Part shown: positions 34,344 to 45,449 of the stretch, piece by piece
Layout: every line of letters starts with the position of its first letter
Position numbering within the stretch: position 1 is the stretch's first letter
Assembly (NCBI GenBank): GCA_040285825.1
Contig: JAUPSS010000007.1
Location: forward strand, 2,888,689 to 2,952,688
Direction of reading: 5' to 3'
DNA: 64,000 nucleotides
DNA from: Eukaryota sp. TZLM1-RC
Taxonomy: Eukaryota; Protista; Metamonada: BaSk clade
Notes under the pieces: model-generated
The model's database searches: none
The model's input: only the letters and a program-made list of their open reading frames with translations
Told to the model about the DNA's origin: nothing
Position numbers and translations under genes: made by a program

Positions 34344-36848
34344 TTTAAACATTTATTTATATTTATTCTACAAATCACGTGATTTAGAGAATAAATATTA
34401 AATCAATTTGTAATTCTATTATGGTTAGCTATCTAAATTTTATTAATTTCTCTATCTTATTCAAACAATATTTGTCACATTTCATCTTTAGGTATTGTAG
34501 CAAACAATCAAAAAAATGCCAAAAGTTGATGAAATATTGAGAAAAAAGTTCATTTTGACTTGATCAAGCCGAATAATTCCTGTGTGATTTTGATCATAAT
34601 TTTATTATTATTATTTCTTATTAAATCTTATTAAAAACCTTAAATGATATATTTATTGAACTTGCACACTTAATTAAATTAAGTCATAACTAATGGGACG
34701 AATATCATTGAACCAAGATTTCCTCTACAAAATCTTGATCTGCTTGCTGTCTAGCTAAAGCTTCTCTTATTCGATTGAAAAACCGAGGTAATCTATTAAT
34801 AATGGCAAATTGAGTCCGAGAACGCCATAAAAGAATATCAAATCTTTTCATTGTTTTTTCTTGCACCATTATGTGGAAGTCATTCAAAAAAGTTTCTGCT
34901 TCATCTGATAATCTTCCATTTATCAAAGATGGGAAAGCAATCAAATCCAGCAGTGTATTTCTATCAGCATTAGCCTCTTCAATATCTTTATCATATTTTC
35001 TATGTTTTTCTTTTACTTTAAAATCAAGAGCACTCACAGGATTAAGTTTTCTTCTGTTAACCAAAGTATCATTTGCAACATTACAGGAGACAAAGTCAAC
35101 AATAACTTCAGATTTATCAATCCAATCACAATATACATCACCTCTATCATCAGAACTAAAATTATTCAGAGAAAGTGTTTCCTTCAGCAGAGGCTCTTTG
35201 ATACACGATATTCTTGCAATTTGTACCATATTGAAAACAGTGTCTCTAACAGCATCATGTAATGAAGAACGATAAGTTATCAATTTAGAACAATTCAGAG
35301 CATGGCGCAAAGTGAGTTGAGGTGAATTCGAACAAATACATTTTTCTTTTGATAATAATTGATTAATGGGGATATTCAAATATAATCTCATTTTTGTTAC
35401 AAATGCTTCATTAGTGGCACACAATCCAAATTTTCGTGATACAATGATTACAAAAAGTGAAGAATCTGTTTTTTTCCTTTATTGTTTTTTTATTAATTTA
35501 AAATTTATTAAAAACCTACAAATCAACATCTAAAAAATCCATCTCTCCCAAAACAAAAACACTAAATGCAACTCTGTTATAGTGAGATCCAAGAGAAAGC
35601 AAAGCATCAGAAACCATCTTCAACATCCCCATAAAAATAGAAACCATAAATCTATTTTGCCAAAACAATCTCAAACAGATTTGACAACAGAGGTTCCAAA
35701 AAGGATTAAATTCTATGAGACTTACACATACAATATAACTGGTCTCTTACAGCATCATGAACCTTGCTTCTAAAAGTAATAAAATGTTTACAATTTAACA
35801 AATGAGTAGTTGTAACTTCTCGAGAACATTTACAAATTAAATTATGAGGTAAATTATCAGGCCAGATAAAGGAACGAAATCTCATATTGAGAGTCCAAGC
35901 AGAATCGGTTAAGAGAGTACCATAAACTTGAGGAATTGTTGTTACTAAGGCAGAAGAAGAACTCACATATCTTGTAAAATATTTGCAAAAGCGGGATTCT
36001 TTTTCTTGGCCAAGCCAAGTCTAACATCACAATTTTAAGCTTTCCAATTTTTTTGACAATTTGAAGCTTTTTACAGCAAAACTGCAAATTATAAAGAGAT
36101 CGGTTCGGAATTTCTTGAATTGATTGAGGAAAACATTTGGTCCAAATTTGTGGCGGCAATTTTTCAAGTTCACAAGATAACTCATACAAATAAGGACTGC
36201 AATTGGGAACTAACAGATGAGAATCATCAGGAAATCTACGAGAAAATTCATAAATAAAATTTTTGCCACCACCCAAGAATGCTGATTGACACAAAATTGA
36301 AGATTTAGTAAATCCAATACCACCCAAATTTGCTGAAGAAAATAAATGGCTTTTCAACATTCCTGGTTCTACATCCAATAAATCAGCAAAAAATTCTGTT
36401 CTCAATGAATTAAATGAACGACAAAAATCTAATGCTATGGAAGGAGCACAAGATCTCAAAATGTGGGTTATTCTCCCAGTGTAGCAAATTTTAAGCATGA
36501 AAAATTTAATATGCTTTTCTATATCTAAAGAAGAAATTGAATCAAGTTCAATTTTCATTTTTTCCAAAACTTGCAATTCATTCTGAATTTGAGGCACGTT
36601 TCCTAACCAACAACCAAGGAACTTAAAAGCATCACTACTATAATTAGTAAAAGGGACAATAGAATCGTTTATCACAAGATCTTGAGCAGAAGAGCCAATC
36701 AGAAGGCATTTGCTCGCATTAAGATAAAGCCCAATATTTTCATATGAATCGGCAATTTCTTGAGCAACCAATTCTAGTAAATTAAATGAACCAATCAAGG
36801 ATATATTATCCATATAAGCAACTATTTTTATAGAAGGGTATTTTTGCT
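34344..36848 (-). mobile_element. Composite insertion (family A + family B 3' part + ~300 bp unassigned DNA) between Ty3 protease and RT
   Basis: Flanked by tggcta at 34338-34343 and 36849-36854. The Ty3 frame rejoins as THQIS|HVKSTS. Confidence 0.78.
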
Positions 36849-36854
36849 TGGCTA

Positions 36855-38955
36855 ATTTGGTGAGTTTTAATTCTGTTATCAAAAATGGCTTCAGCATTTA
36901 GCAGGGTGCGGCGCTCTTCGTCTAGTAAAATAACTAAACGGTCAGATGTCAGTAGCCCAAATTGTTTTAACATGTCTACCCCAATTAAAAATTTGTTCGA
37001 ACCTGGTATAATGGGGAGAGTATGATTTATTGATACTTGGTTCGCGATGCTGCCAACATTGCACGTCAGAATGCCTTGTACACTCCCAAGCGAATTCGTT
37101 GATACATTGCTAGCAGGGATGAATTGTGTTATATCGTTTTCATTTATGGACATTGAACACCGATTTGCTAGGTCGAGGGAAATGACAGAACAAAATGCAG
37201 CTGTGTCTAACATGCCTTTTATGACCGTTGATTCTAACCTGAAGATCTAGAAACTGAGGCTGCTTGGATCTGTTGTGGTTCATACAAGGTGCAGATTCAT
37301 CTGCTCGATTGCATCAATCTCTTTCTAAACTGTTTAAACTCAAATATTTATCTACTTTATTATCATTACCGAAAGAGAGTGGGTTTAAGAGGGATGCTTG
37401 AGCTGAATGTTACGATTGGTTAGTTGAATAAATATGGCTCAATTCGGGAGCTGTAGCGTGCGACGATTGGTGTATGTGAAACAGATATGCACGATTTTTA
37501 TTACCTCTCGTATTACGGCCCACTCGACCCCTGTATCTACCTTGGCCTTTACTATGGCCTCTATGAACATTTTTAAAACTATCGTAACTACCTCTGAATG
37601 GTCTTCCTCAACCTCTACTTCTGCCGGCGCTTCTTCGTTGATCTAGTGGAACCAGAGATCTGGTGCATCCGGGATCTTCGCATTCTGCAATTACATGGCC
37701 TGGCTTCTGACAGAAAGTGCAGAATTTGTGGCCTCCTCTGTATTGCTTCTCTTTTTTCAGATTGGGGATGGATGAATCTGGTTGGCTTGTTCTTTTTTTC
37801 CGACTGAGGTTTGAAAATCACCTGTTTCTATTTTGGGTCTGGACGCAGCTTTCCTCAATAGCTGGACCGTTTCCCTATTTTGCGCAACCTTCATCCATGA
37901 TAATAGGTCATTTCTTACCTTCCTTGTTAATTTGGGGAAGCTCTCCAGCTTGTCCTTCCAATAGCTCTCCTTACAGAATTCTTCGAACAGGGGCTCAGTG
38001 AAAGCCAAGTTGTTAATGCCTGTTAAAAAGGCATGAGCCACTGTTGACATTGGAAGAGTGAATACTCCGCTCGAGTGGTCAACATCTTCGATCCTGGCTG
38101 ATACATCAGTGATGTATGTAGACATTCTCAGGATGTCTCCAAAATTTTCCATGTATATTGCAAATTCCCTTTCCGCGCCTTCGATTGAATTGACTTTACG
38201 CCAATTGAAATGGGGTTTGTGGAGTGCTAGTTTGGCGTCGTGGAGCGAGTTGAATTGGCTCATCCTACAAAGAAGCAGTAGAATTTCTGCGTCTGTAGGT
38301 TCCATGCTAAGAATTTGTTGCTGTTTCCAGAAAATAATGATTCTTGCGCTGATGCAACCCGAAATTCCCAGGGGGTTGGTCGTCGCCACAATGGACCTGA
38401 AAAGGTCGTATGCGTGAATGGGTGGCCCTATTTTGTTAATGAAGTAGGGTCTATTCTGTAAATTTTGGGCGTCCGAAGCGAGTCAAGCTGAGACTTTAAC
38501 GAATCTATTTGTTGTTGTATCTCAGTTGTAGCACCTCCTTGTATTGCTAGTAACTGAGATAGACTGTTGACCATGTCAGCAATTTGTTTTTGTTGCTGAA
38601 CTGAACTTGTTTGAGGCATTTCAATTTTCTCGACATTTGTCGTTCCTCCTCTGCCTGTACTGTCCCAGAGAGCAAATTCCAGTAGCAAATGTACTATTTT
38701 CATTTGAGTTTCTGGAAACTCGAGTCTGGGGGGCTTATAAAGCGTATCGTGTTCTACAGCCTTTGTTCTATAATGGTATCCAACGTGAGATTGCAGGTTT
38801 AAGTCGAGGACTTGACGTGGGTCATGAATTCCAGATGATGTTTCTGATTGAGATGAGGAGAGATCTTGTCTGCTCAATCCTGGACTTGTTTGATGGGAGG
38901 TCGGCTCTTCCATTGGTACAGATGTGTCTAATGGTTGGACAGTGAGGACCTCCAT
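36855..38955 (-). pseudogene. Ty3 gag and aspartic protease (frameshifted)
   Basis: ORFs 38428-38955 and 37757-38389, CCHC knuckle in a third frame, protease ORF 36806-37213. Confidence 0.8.
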
Positions 38956-39088
38956 AGGAATGTCCTGATTATTAGCTGTGGTAGCTGGTCAATTTGTAGT
39001 TTTTGAAGAGGTTTCGATTCCTCTTGATTGTTGAGCTGGATGGATGGCCTGAAAGGTCTAATGCTTTGTAAAGGCGTATTTTCTATAC

Positions 39089-39547
39089 TTAATATTGGGG
39101 TAAAGGCGAAAGCCTTGTTATTAACCCAAGTGTCCCCAAATTGTACATTGTGGTGATTGGGGGAAACGTATAGGTGGAGATTACTGCCGTTTTCATGTCG
39201 GCATGATCTCGTTTGAAGGTGACTCCTTGCTCGACGAAGATTAGCCTGAACGGCTGAGATGCGGGTCTCATCTCAACGAGATCAGGGTTTGATGACGATG
39301 GGTAGCATTCGTCAACCTCTGTTATTACGGTGTAATCCACCCCAGATGTGCTGTTGACTTCATAAATTTTGTCCAGACCTGGCCTAAACCAGTCTTGGAG
39401 GAGGTGTACGTTCTCAGGTCCATCCAAATTGTAAGCGAAGTCTCGACCATACTCCATGACCTCCAGCCACCGTATTTTGAAGTCATAAATGTCGAGAATG
39501 GCCTTTTTTCCGATAAAATCGAATCTGTCAGCGCGAGGCTTGGACAT
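39089..39547 (-). CDS. Accessory 152-aa ORF between the 5' LTR and gag of the Ty3 element
   Basis: ATG-initiated ORF of globular composition inside the element boundaries; no motif recognised. Confidence 0.45.
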   Translation of the reverse strand: MSKPRADRFDFIGKKAILDIYDFKIRWLEVMEYGRDFAYNLDGPENVHLLQDWFRPGLDKIYEVNSTSGVDYTVITEVDECYPSSSNPDLVEMRPASQPFRLIFVEQGVTFKRDHADMKTAVISTYTFPPITTMYNLGTLGLITRLSPLPQY

Positions 39548-39923
39548 GATGGATTTATAGGAGGAGTCTAGTGGGGATAATCATCTTCTGCGTTCAGCAG
39601 ATCTTACCGTCAACTCCTTGCTTTTTTGGTCAAGAATCTTTATAGAATTTTTAAGGACTTGTGAGGTGAGGGGAACTTCTTTGAATCCTTCTAAAGTCTC
39701 GTTTAGGGTTTGTACCGAAACACAGTTCTCTAAGTCAGGGTACAGGGACGTATTTGAAGGGAGAGACTCCACAAAGTCTGTTGGCTCCTGTTTCTCACTT
39801 TTTTCTTTTGAGAAAGTGGCGAGAAGCGCTTCTAACTCTAATATTAGAACAAAAGCGTTATCCGCAGAGGAAGCGGAAGAACAACTGTAAAAAATTTTAA
39901 TTAAGAAAACGGGAGAAGGTAGG

Positions 39924-40033
39924 TGTTAATGAGTACCTAAGTATATAGAATAACATTAAATAAAATTTTTTTTATCTTAACCCGCCTTATACATACATCT
40001 AACATACAGCTAGCATAATGCCTAACGGCAACA
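39924..40033 (-). repeat. 5' LTR of the Ty3 element (110 bp, TGTT...AACA)
   Basis: Terminal inverted TGTT/AACA, internal TATAA on the - strand, direct repeat at 31158-31242. Confidence 0.88.
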
Positions 40034-40588
40034 CTCCTAGAGAATTCAAATACAAAGTTTTTTCCACCAAAAATAAATGCAGCTTTGGTCAAATATTTTG
40101 ATGAATTGAATCCAACACCGCCAAGTTGAACATCAGAAAAAATATGATTTTTCAAAATTGATGGATCAACAGACATTAAATAAGCCAAAAATTCTTGACG
40201 TATTTTGTTAAATTGTTTACAAAAATTGTAAGTTAGGGATGGAGGTAATGATCTAAGTAAATGAGTAATTTTTCCAGCATAACAAATTTTCAAAAGAAAA
40301 ACTTAAGATGTTTTTCCAATTCAAGGTGTTCTAGACGGTATTTCCTGTACGTTGTCGGGAAAACATTTACTCCAAATTTCAGTGGGCAAACAATCGAGCA
40401 TTTTGTAGGTCTCTGAGAAAATTATTGCTTGTAAAATTCAATAAATTAATATCATTGGGAAAACGTTGCAAACTTCAAAAACAAAAGGTCAACTCCTCCT
40501 TCAGTATCTTTTGATTTATGTAGATCTTTCAACAGATTTCGGGTCAAATTTGTTTCTTCATTATTAGAGGTAAATGAATCTTTAATTC

Positions 40589-40651
40589 AATGATAGTCGT
40601 CCCATTAGTTATGAGTTAATTTAATTAAGTGTGCAAATTCAATAAATATTG
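40589..40651 (+). mobile_element. 63-bp family B 3'-UTR-only insertion with 11-bp TSD, inside a family C fragment
   Basis: TSD atctttaattc at 40578-40588 and 40652-40662. The insert is tgatagtcgtcccattag...aataaata. Confidence 0.85.
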
Positions 40652-40719
40652 ATCTTTAATTCGAAGTCATGTTTTTTGTTCTGCTGAATTAGGTGGAATT
40701 GGTTTCACGAAACCCTCGA

Positions 40720-41320
40720 TTTTACACCTCAATTATTTTGTGCCGTTTGCAATTTCTCTTTTTGGCAATAATGGACCTTCAGGGTTGCACATTTTTTAAA
40801 ACAATGAATTCCACTTTCTGGTTAAATAGAATTGTTTTTTGCATTTTCAAGTCTATTCCAACAATGATTTCAAAAGCACTTTTAGCTATTGGTGTAGAAT
40901 ATGAACGTAATGATGTGAGTAGGTTTAGTAATAGTGACACTTGTTTGGAGGATATTGAATTCTAGATAGATTTTTTTATCTCTATAAATATTCCAGTTAA
41001 AAAAATTATTTTGGTTATGAAAAATTGGGAAAAATAAATAAAAATAAATAACATTGGACAGTCTGCCTTGAATTTTCTCAATTATTTTGGTAATTTATGT
41101 CGTTCAAGTGGTAAGAATTTTGCAGTGAATTTGTGGAAGAAACGTATCATTTTTGCTTTGTACACAAGTGTTCCCAAGTACTTGAATTTAATGATGTCCA
41201 AGCTGTATAAGGATTCATCAAGAGTTGGCGTGGAAAATTTTGTTTCTTATGTGTTTTAGTTTGTTTACTTTGTTTTGTTTTGTTTTGTTTCTTCGTAGAA
41301 AATAAATAAACTCAATTAAA
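40720..41320 (+). mobile_element. 3' ends of CRE-like families G (to ~41000) and H (41050-41320)
   Basis: FWLNRIVFCIFKSIP..CLEDIEF* and LWKKRIIFALYTSVP..FVSYVF*. Confidence 0.78.
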
Positions 41321-41330
41321 ATCATAATAA

Positions 41331-42715
41331 CAGTGTTCGGCCGTGCGTGAGATTTTAAGGTGCACCCCAGAGTGCATGCACTCCGTGCAGCGCACCTGCA
41401 CTCTGTCACGCACTCTGACCTTGATGAGTATGGCGTATTTTTAACCTTATGTTTAATAAACAATTATCTGCGAAACTAGTTTAGGTGAAAACTTTTCCGT
41501 TACTGATACATAATGTCCACCAACACTTTTTCTGTGAATGATTTCCTAACTACTATTCGAGAACCGGGCAAAAATGCCAAGGGCAACCACATACATGGCC
41601 GTTATCGCTGTAATGCTTGTTCCCATGAATTCACTGCAAGTGCAACACGTAAGATGAACCATTTTACGAACTCCGGAGGTGTCAAAGGTTGTTCTTCTCC
41701 CCCACCAGACCTGGTTTCTAGTATATCTACTTCTAAAGCCAAAAAACTGGAAAACAACATCAGACAGCTCGAAACTGAGGCTCTACACCTACTTACTTCT
41801 CCTCCATCTACACCTCTTCCTTTGTTTTCTCTCGAATCCCTTGAAGGTAAACGCCGTAGTACTGACATTTCCTCACAGTGTCACGATCAACTTTCGACAA
41901 ATGGCAATGATGTTGAAGTTCTTGGGGTACTGGAACCAGCTAAGAAAATCCGTCGACAATTGAGTTTGAAAGAAAGCTTTAGTCCAAGTTACAAGAAAGA
42001 AGCTGACCTGGCGATACTTAAGTTCTTTCTCAAATTTAAAGTGCCTTTCTATGCACCATCTTCAAATGAATACAAGACTATGGTTCAAGCAATCAATGTT
42101 GTGGAAAAAGATTATAAACCCCCTTCCACCAAAAGACTTTCTGGATCAATGATAGATGAGTATCATTCATCAATTATAGACAATTTATCGGTAATTGTTG
42201 ATATGTTCGATCATACAGGAGTTAGCCTTGTTTCTGATGGATGGAGCGATCGTCAATCACGTCCTTTGATAAACCTACTTGCAGTAACTCCAACTGCTTC
42301 TATGTTTTTAACAGCCTTCGACACATCCGGAGGTGAAAAAAATTCTGAATTTATTGCTGAAATAATTTCCAAATATTTGCAACATCAAAATGACAAAATC
42401 TCTAAGAAATTTCGAAGAAGAAAATGATAGCAATTATGAGCTAGAAGAAGATTTGGGTTCGGAGACATCAAAAGATTGTGAGGTTGATGAAGTTGAGTCT
42501 GAGGATGAAGTATTTGAAACTGAGTGGTTTGTAGATCCGCTTTTTGATGATTTGACAATTGACTAATACTCCATTGATCTAGTATAAATTATATGTAATT
42601 TCTTTTATTGTTAAATAGAACAACGCACCCTGCACCCGCACCACTTTCTTCACGCACTGAGGGTACGGGGTGCGCACCCAGCACGAACCCGTGCACCCCG
42701 CACCGCCGAACACTG
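41331..42715 (+). mobile_element. Internally deleted hAT DNA transposon (1385 bp)
   Basis: 11-bp TIR CAGTGTTCGGC/GCCGAACACTG; perfect 8-bp TSD cataataa at 41323-41330 and 42716-42723; subterminal (G)TGCAC(C) repeats. Confidence 0.95.
41513..42427 (+). pseudogene. Truncated hAT transposase (BED finger and DUF659-type first catalytic Asp)
   Basis: YRCNAC..F...RKMNHF...C and VSDGWSD..RPLINLL. Ends at 304 aa, without the later catalytic and dimerisation regions. Confidence 0.85.
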
Positions 42716-42729
42716 CATAATAATAATAT

Positions 42730-42802
42730 TGCCCAAACTGAGAATCGAACTCAGGACCTTTCCCTTACTAAAGGAATGCTCTACCAACTGAGCCATTTGG
42801 GC
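42730..42802 (-). tRNA. tRNA-Thr(AGT)
   Basis: GCCCAAA/TTTGGGC acceptor stem, A box TGGCTCAGTTGG, anticodon arm TTCCT-TTAGTAA-GGGAA, B box GTTCGATTC. 73 nt, no intron. Confidence 0.95.
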
Positions 42803-43065
42803 AATTCAAAGATATAGAAAAGCCAGTTCATTGGTGACATTTCACAAATATTGCCAAAAACCAAAAACATGCACACTTAATTAAATTAATTCATAACTAA
42901 TGGGATGACTATCATTGAACCAAGATTTCCTCTACAAAATCTTGATCTGCTTGCTGTCTAGCTAAAGCTTCTCTTATTCGATTGAAAAACCGAGGTAATC
43001 TATTAATAATGGCAAATTAAATCACCACATTTACATTTCAAATCCATAAGAATTGATTGGGGAGG

Positions 43066-43735
43066 AATTGATTTTTTTTCTTCCCCCCCCCCTTCTGCGT
43101 CGAACTTCCTCTCCATCATGATTGTTGAAAACCTCCCTCATCACGGTCCAGGCCCTCCTATTGTTTTCTTAACAATTATTCCATACTGCTCAGCGTTGTC
43201 TCCCCCTTCTTTGTTGACTCTACTGAATGTTCTTCCACTGATAACATCATCCTTTGAAACATCAATTTGGAGACAAATTAGTTCCCTTCTCACAAGCATT
43301 TTGTTTCTTGTTCAATTTGACTTGACCATCAGCAGATGTTCGCATTTCTCTTCTCATGAAAAGCTTGCTGTCGCCTTTAAACCGCTCTTGGAGCTTCTTA
43401 GACGGCTGCTTAGTAATGGAAGTAGAAAGTTTGTGATCTGTTTACTGAAGGTTTGGTTAGTTGTTCTTGAGATAGAATCCTCACTCTTCTTATTGGATGT
43501 TGTTGCTGGTTCTAACTATCGTATGTGTGATAAAAAGCCTGCTGTCGCCTTTAAAACGCTCTTGGAGCATCTCAGACGGCCGCTTAGTAATGTCAATCAT
43601 GTACTTTTTGGTTTTGTGCTGGTTGTTCAGTGTCTTTTTGGAGTATTGACTACTAGTAGTGGAGTAGTTGGATGAGAAATTTCTGAATTGTCGTAGTATT
43701 TAGCTAATTTAATAAAAAAATGTTTACAAAAAAAA
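43066..43735 (+). mobile_element. Non-autonomous poly(A)-tailed retroelement (~670 bp) with ~91-bp TSD
   Basis: T8 plus pyrimidine 5' end, AATAAA and A-tail, flanking direct repeats at 42975-43065 and 43736-43827. 3' parts recur at 49490-49889 and 57188-57586. Confidence 0.8.
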
Positions 43736-44173
43736 TATTCGATTGAAAAACCGAGGTAATCTATTAATAATGGCAAATTGAATCACCACATTTACATTTC
43801 AAATTTGATAAGAATTGATTGGGGAGGTAGATTAAGACTAATTGACATGACTGTCAAAAATTGAATAGCTGAAAGCAATAGTCAAAAACCGCAAGGAATT
43901 TGAGTTATCAAACAAGCTGAACTATTTTGAAAAACGAAGAAATTTTTGCCTGCACAAAGCAGACAAAAATAATTCCAAAAAATGCACCGCAATTTTTTAG
44001 CCATATTAATTTGGTTGTTCTGAGACTCTGCTTCTTCTAAATAAGTAATTTTGTTCTTCTGTAGTTTAGCAACAGTTCTCGAAATGTTTGGTAAATCTTT
44101 GATTTCAACTGATGAAAAGTCATTTTTTGAAGAAAATAACGATTTCCAGAAATTATTAAGTTATTAAATGTTT

Positions 44174-45130
44174 TCAGTTTAAAATACGGGAAAGCGTAAC
44201 CACACTCTTGCAGCGACAAAGTAAATCATTTGGTAATGAACAAGGCCATAACAAACATCTCATTCTCATTGTAGTGGTCCATTGGTGATCATTGAGTAGA
44301 AGGCCGTAAATGTTGGGAATTTGGGAGATTAGGCAATTTGAGCAAGTGTCTTTAAGATCAATCAAAAAGTTTGCAAAAACGGGATTTTTTTCATTAGTCA
44401 AGCTAAGACGTACAATATAATACAAGTTTTCTAAAACTTTCAAGCTTTTTTTCTGCAATTTTGCAAAAGTCAGTGGTAAGGAGAGCAAGCTTCTTGGAGA
44501 AAGTTCCACAATAACAGAGGGGAAACATTTAGACCAAATATTGGGTGAAAGAGTTTCAATTTCCTGTTGCAAAAAAATAAGATAAGAGCTGCCACAATTT
44601 TCAATAATTTGTGTAAAGCCGCATTCATCGGTGGAGGCAAAAATTTCGTTTTTGAATTTTTGAAACGTTTTCCTGAAAACCAACATTTAATAGAATGTTG
44701 TGTTAGTGACTATTTAGTGTCCTTGCAGAGTGAAATTGAATGCATCTCTCCTCACATATGGACCAAATGCTTTCCTGCTGATATTCAAGAAATTCCACCC
44801 AGGAGTTTGAATTCCTTGAAATTTGCATATGCTAAATTGCAGACAAAGATATTAAAAGTTTTTGAAAACTTGGATTTCACTGTTCGTCTTAGCTTGGCTA
44901 AAGAAAAGAATCCCGTTTTTGCAAACTTTTTAATTGACCTTAAGGAAAGTAGCTCAAGTTGTCTTATTTCCCAGATTCCAAATGTATATGGTCTATTATT
45001 AAATGATCATCAATGGACAACTGGCTTCAGGATGAGGTGTTTTCTGTGGCCATGTAGTGTGCCAAATGATTTGATTTGTCGTTGTGGTCAGCTCATTAAT
45101 CTGAATCATTTATTTAATTGCAAATTTAAT
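44174..45130. mobile_element. Back-to-back CRE fragments: an F-related family (-, 44174-44610) and family F (+, 44610-45130)
   Basis: ORFs 44174-44686 and 44567-45145 match the post-RT/CCHC region of 28282-29820. Confidence 0.85.
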
Positions 45131-45147
45131 ATTCTATATATATAATA

Positions 45148-45445
45148 TTTTTTTTTCTCCCTCCCTTGGTCAAGCCTCTCATATTTTACTTTCTGTGTTG
45201 GCGTCAAAGTTGTACTGTGTCTTTGCCAAAACGATGCCAGTGACCGATAGTGACTCCGATACTGATTGGAATGCCCAAGTGAAGGTTCTACCCGTCAGAT
45301 CAAGCTCATCCCCTCCACTCCTCCACTCTCCCCACCCTCCAAGCTATGCTCGAAATTCTTCTCAAAAAAATTCAAATTCAAAAAATGATCAGTGTGCTGC
45401 TAAAAACACTAAACTCTCAAAAAATATTCCCCGTTGCTCATCCTG
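45148..45445 (+). mobile_element. 5' leader and N-terminus of a CRE element, truncated
   Basis: T9-CTCCCTCCC followed by MPVTDSDSDTDWNAQ. Confidence 0.85.
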
Positions 45446-45449
45446 TATA

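Larger units (their letters stand above)
31142..40033 (-). mobile_element. Ty3/Gypsy LTR retrotransposon, integrase deleted, carrying nested CRE insertions
   Basis: Order on - strand: LTR, extra ORFs, gag with CTFCQKPGHVIAEC (~37680-37721), protease LDTAAFCSVI/FLIGVDML, RT (SPIVLV, LDLPKAF, YIDD), RNase H (TDASDIAVGGV, KELYAI, TDHRN, ADMMSR), pre-integrase IWLNNNKMIIP, truncated LTR. TSD is about cttc(t)/ctcc(t). Confidence 0.9.

Noticed and set aside
43356-43418. Repeat motif as a hammerhead ribozyme, SECIS or box C/D snoRNA
   Set aside because: The reverse strand has CUGAGAA plus a stem but no following GAAA. The sense strand has AUGA and AAA but lacks the 3' GA of the SECIS quartet. The box C-like GTGATGA is not conserved in all copies.
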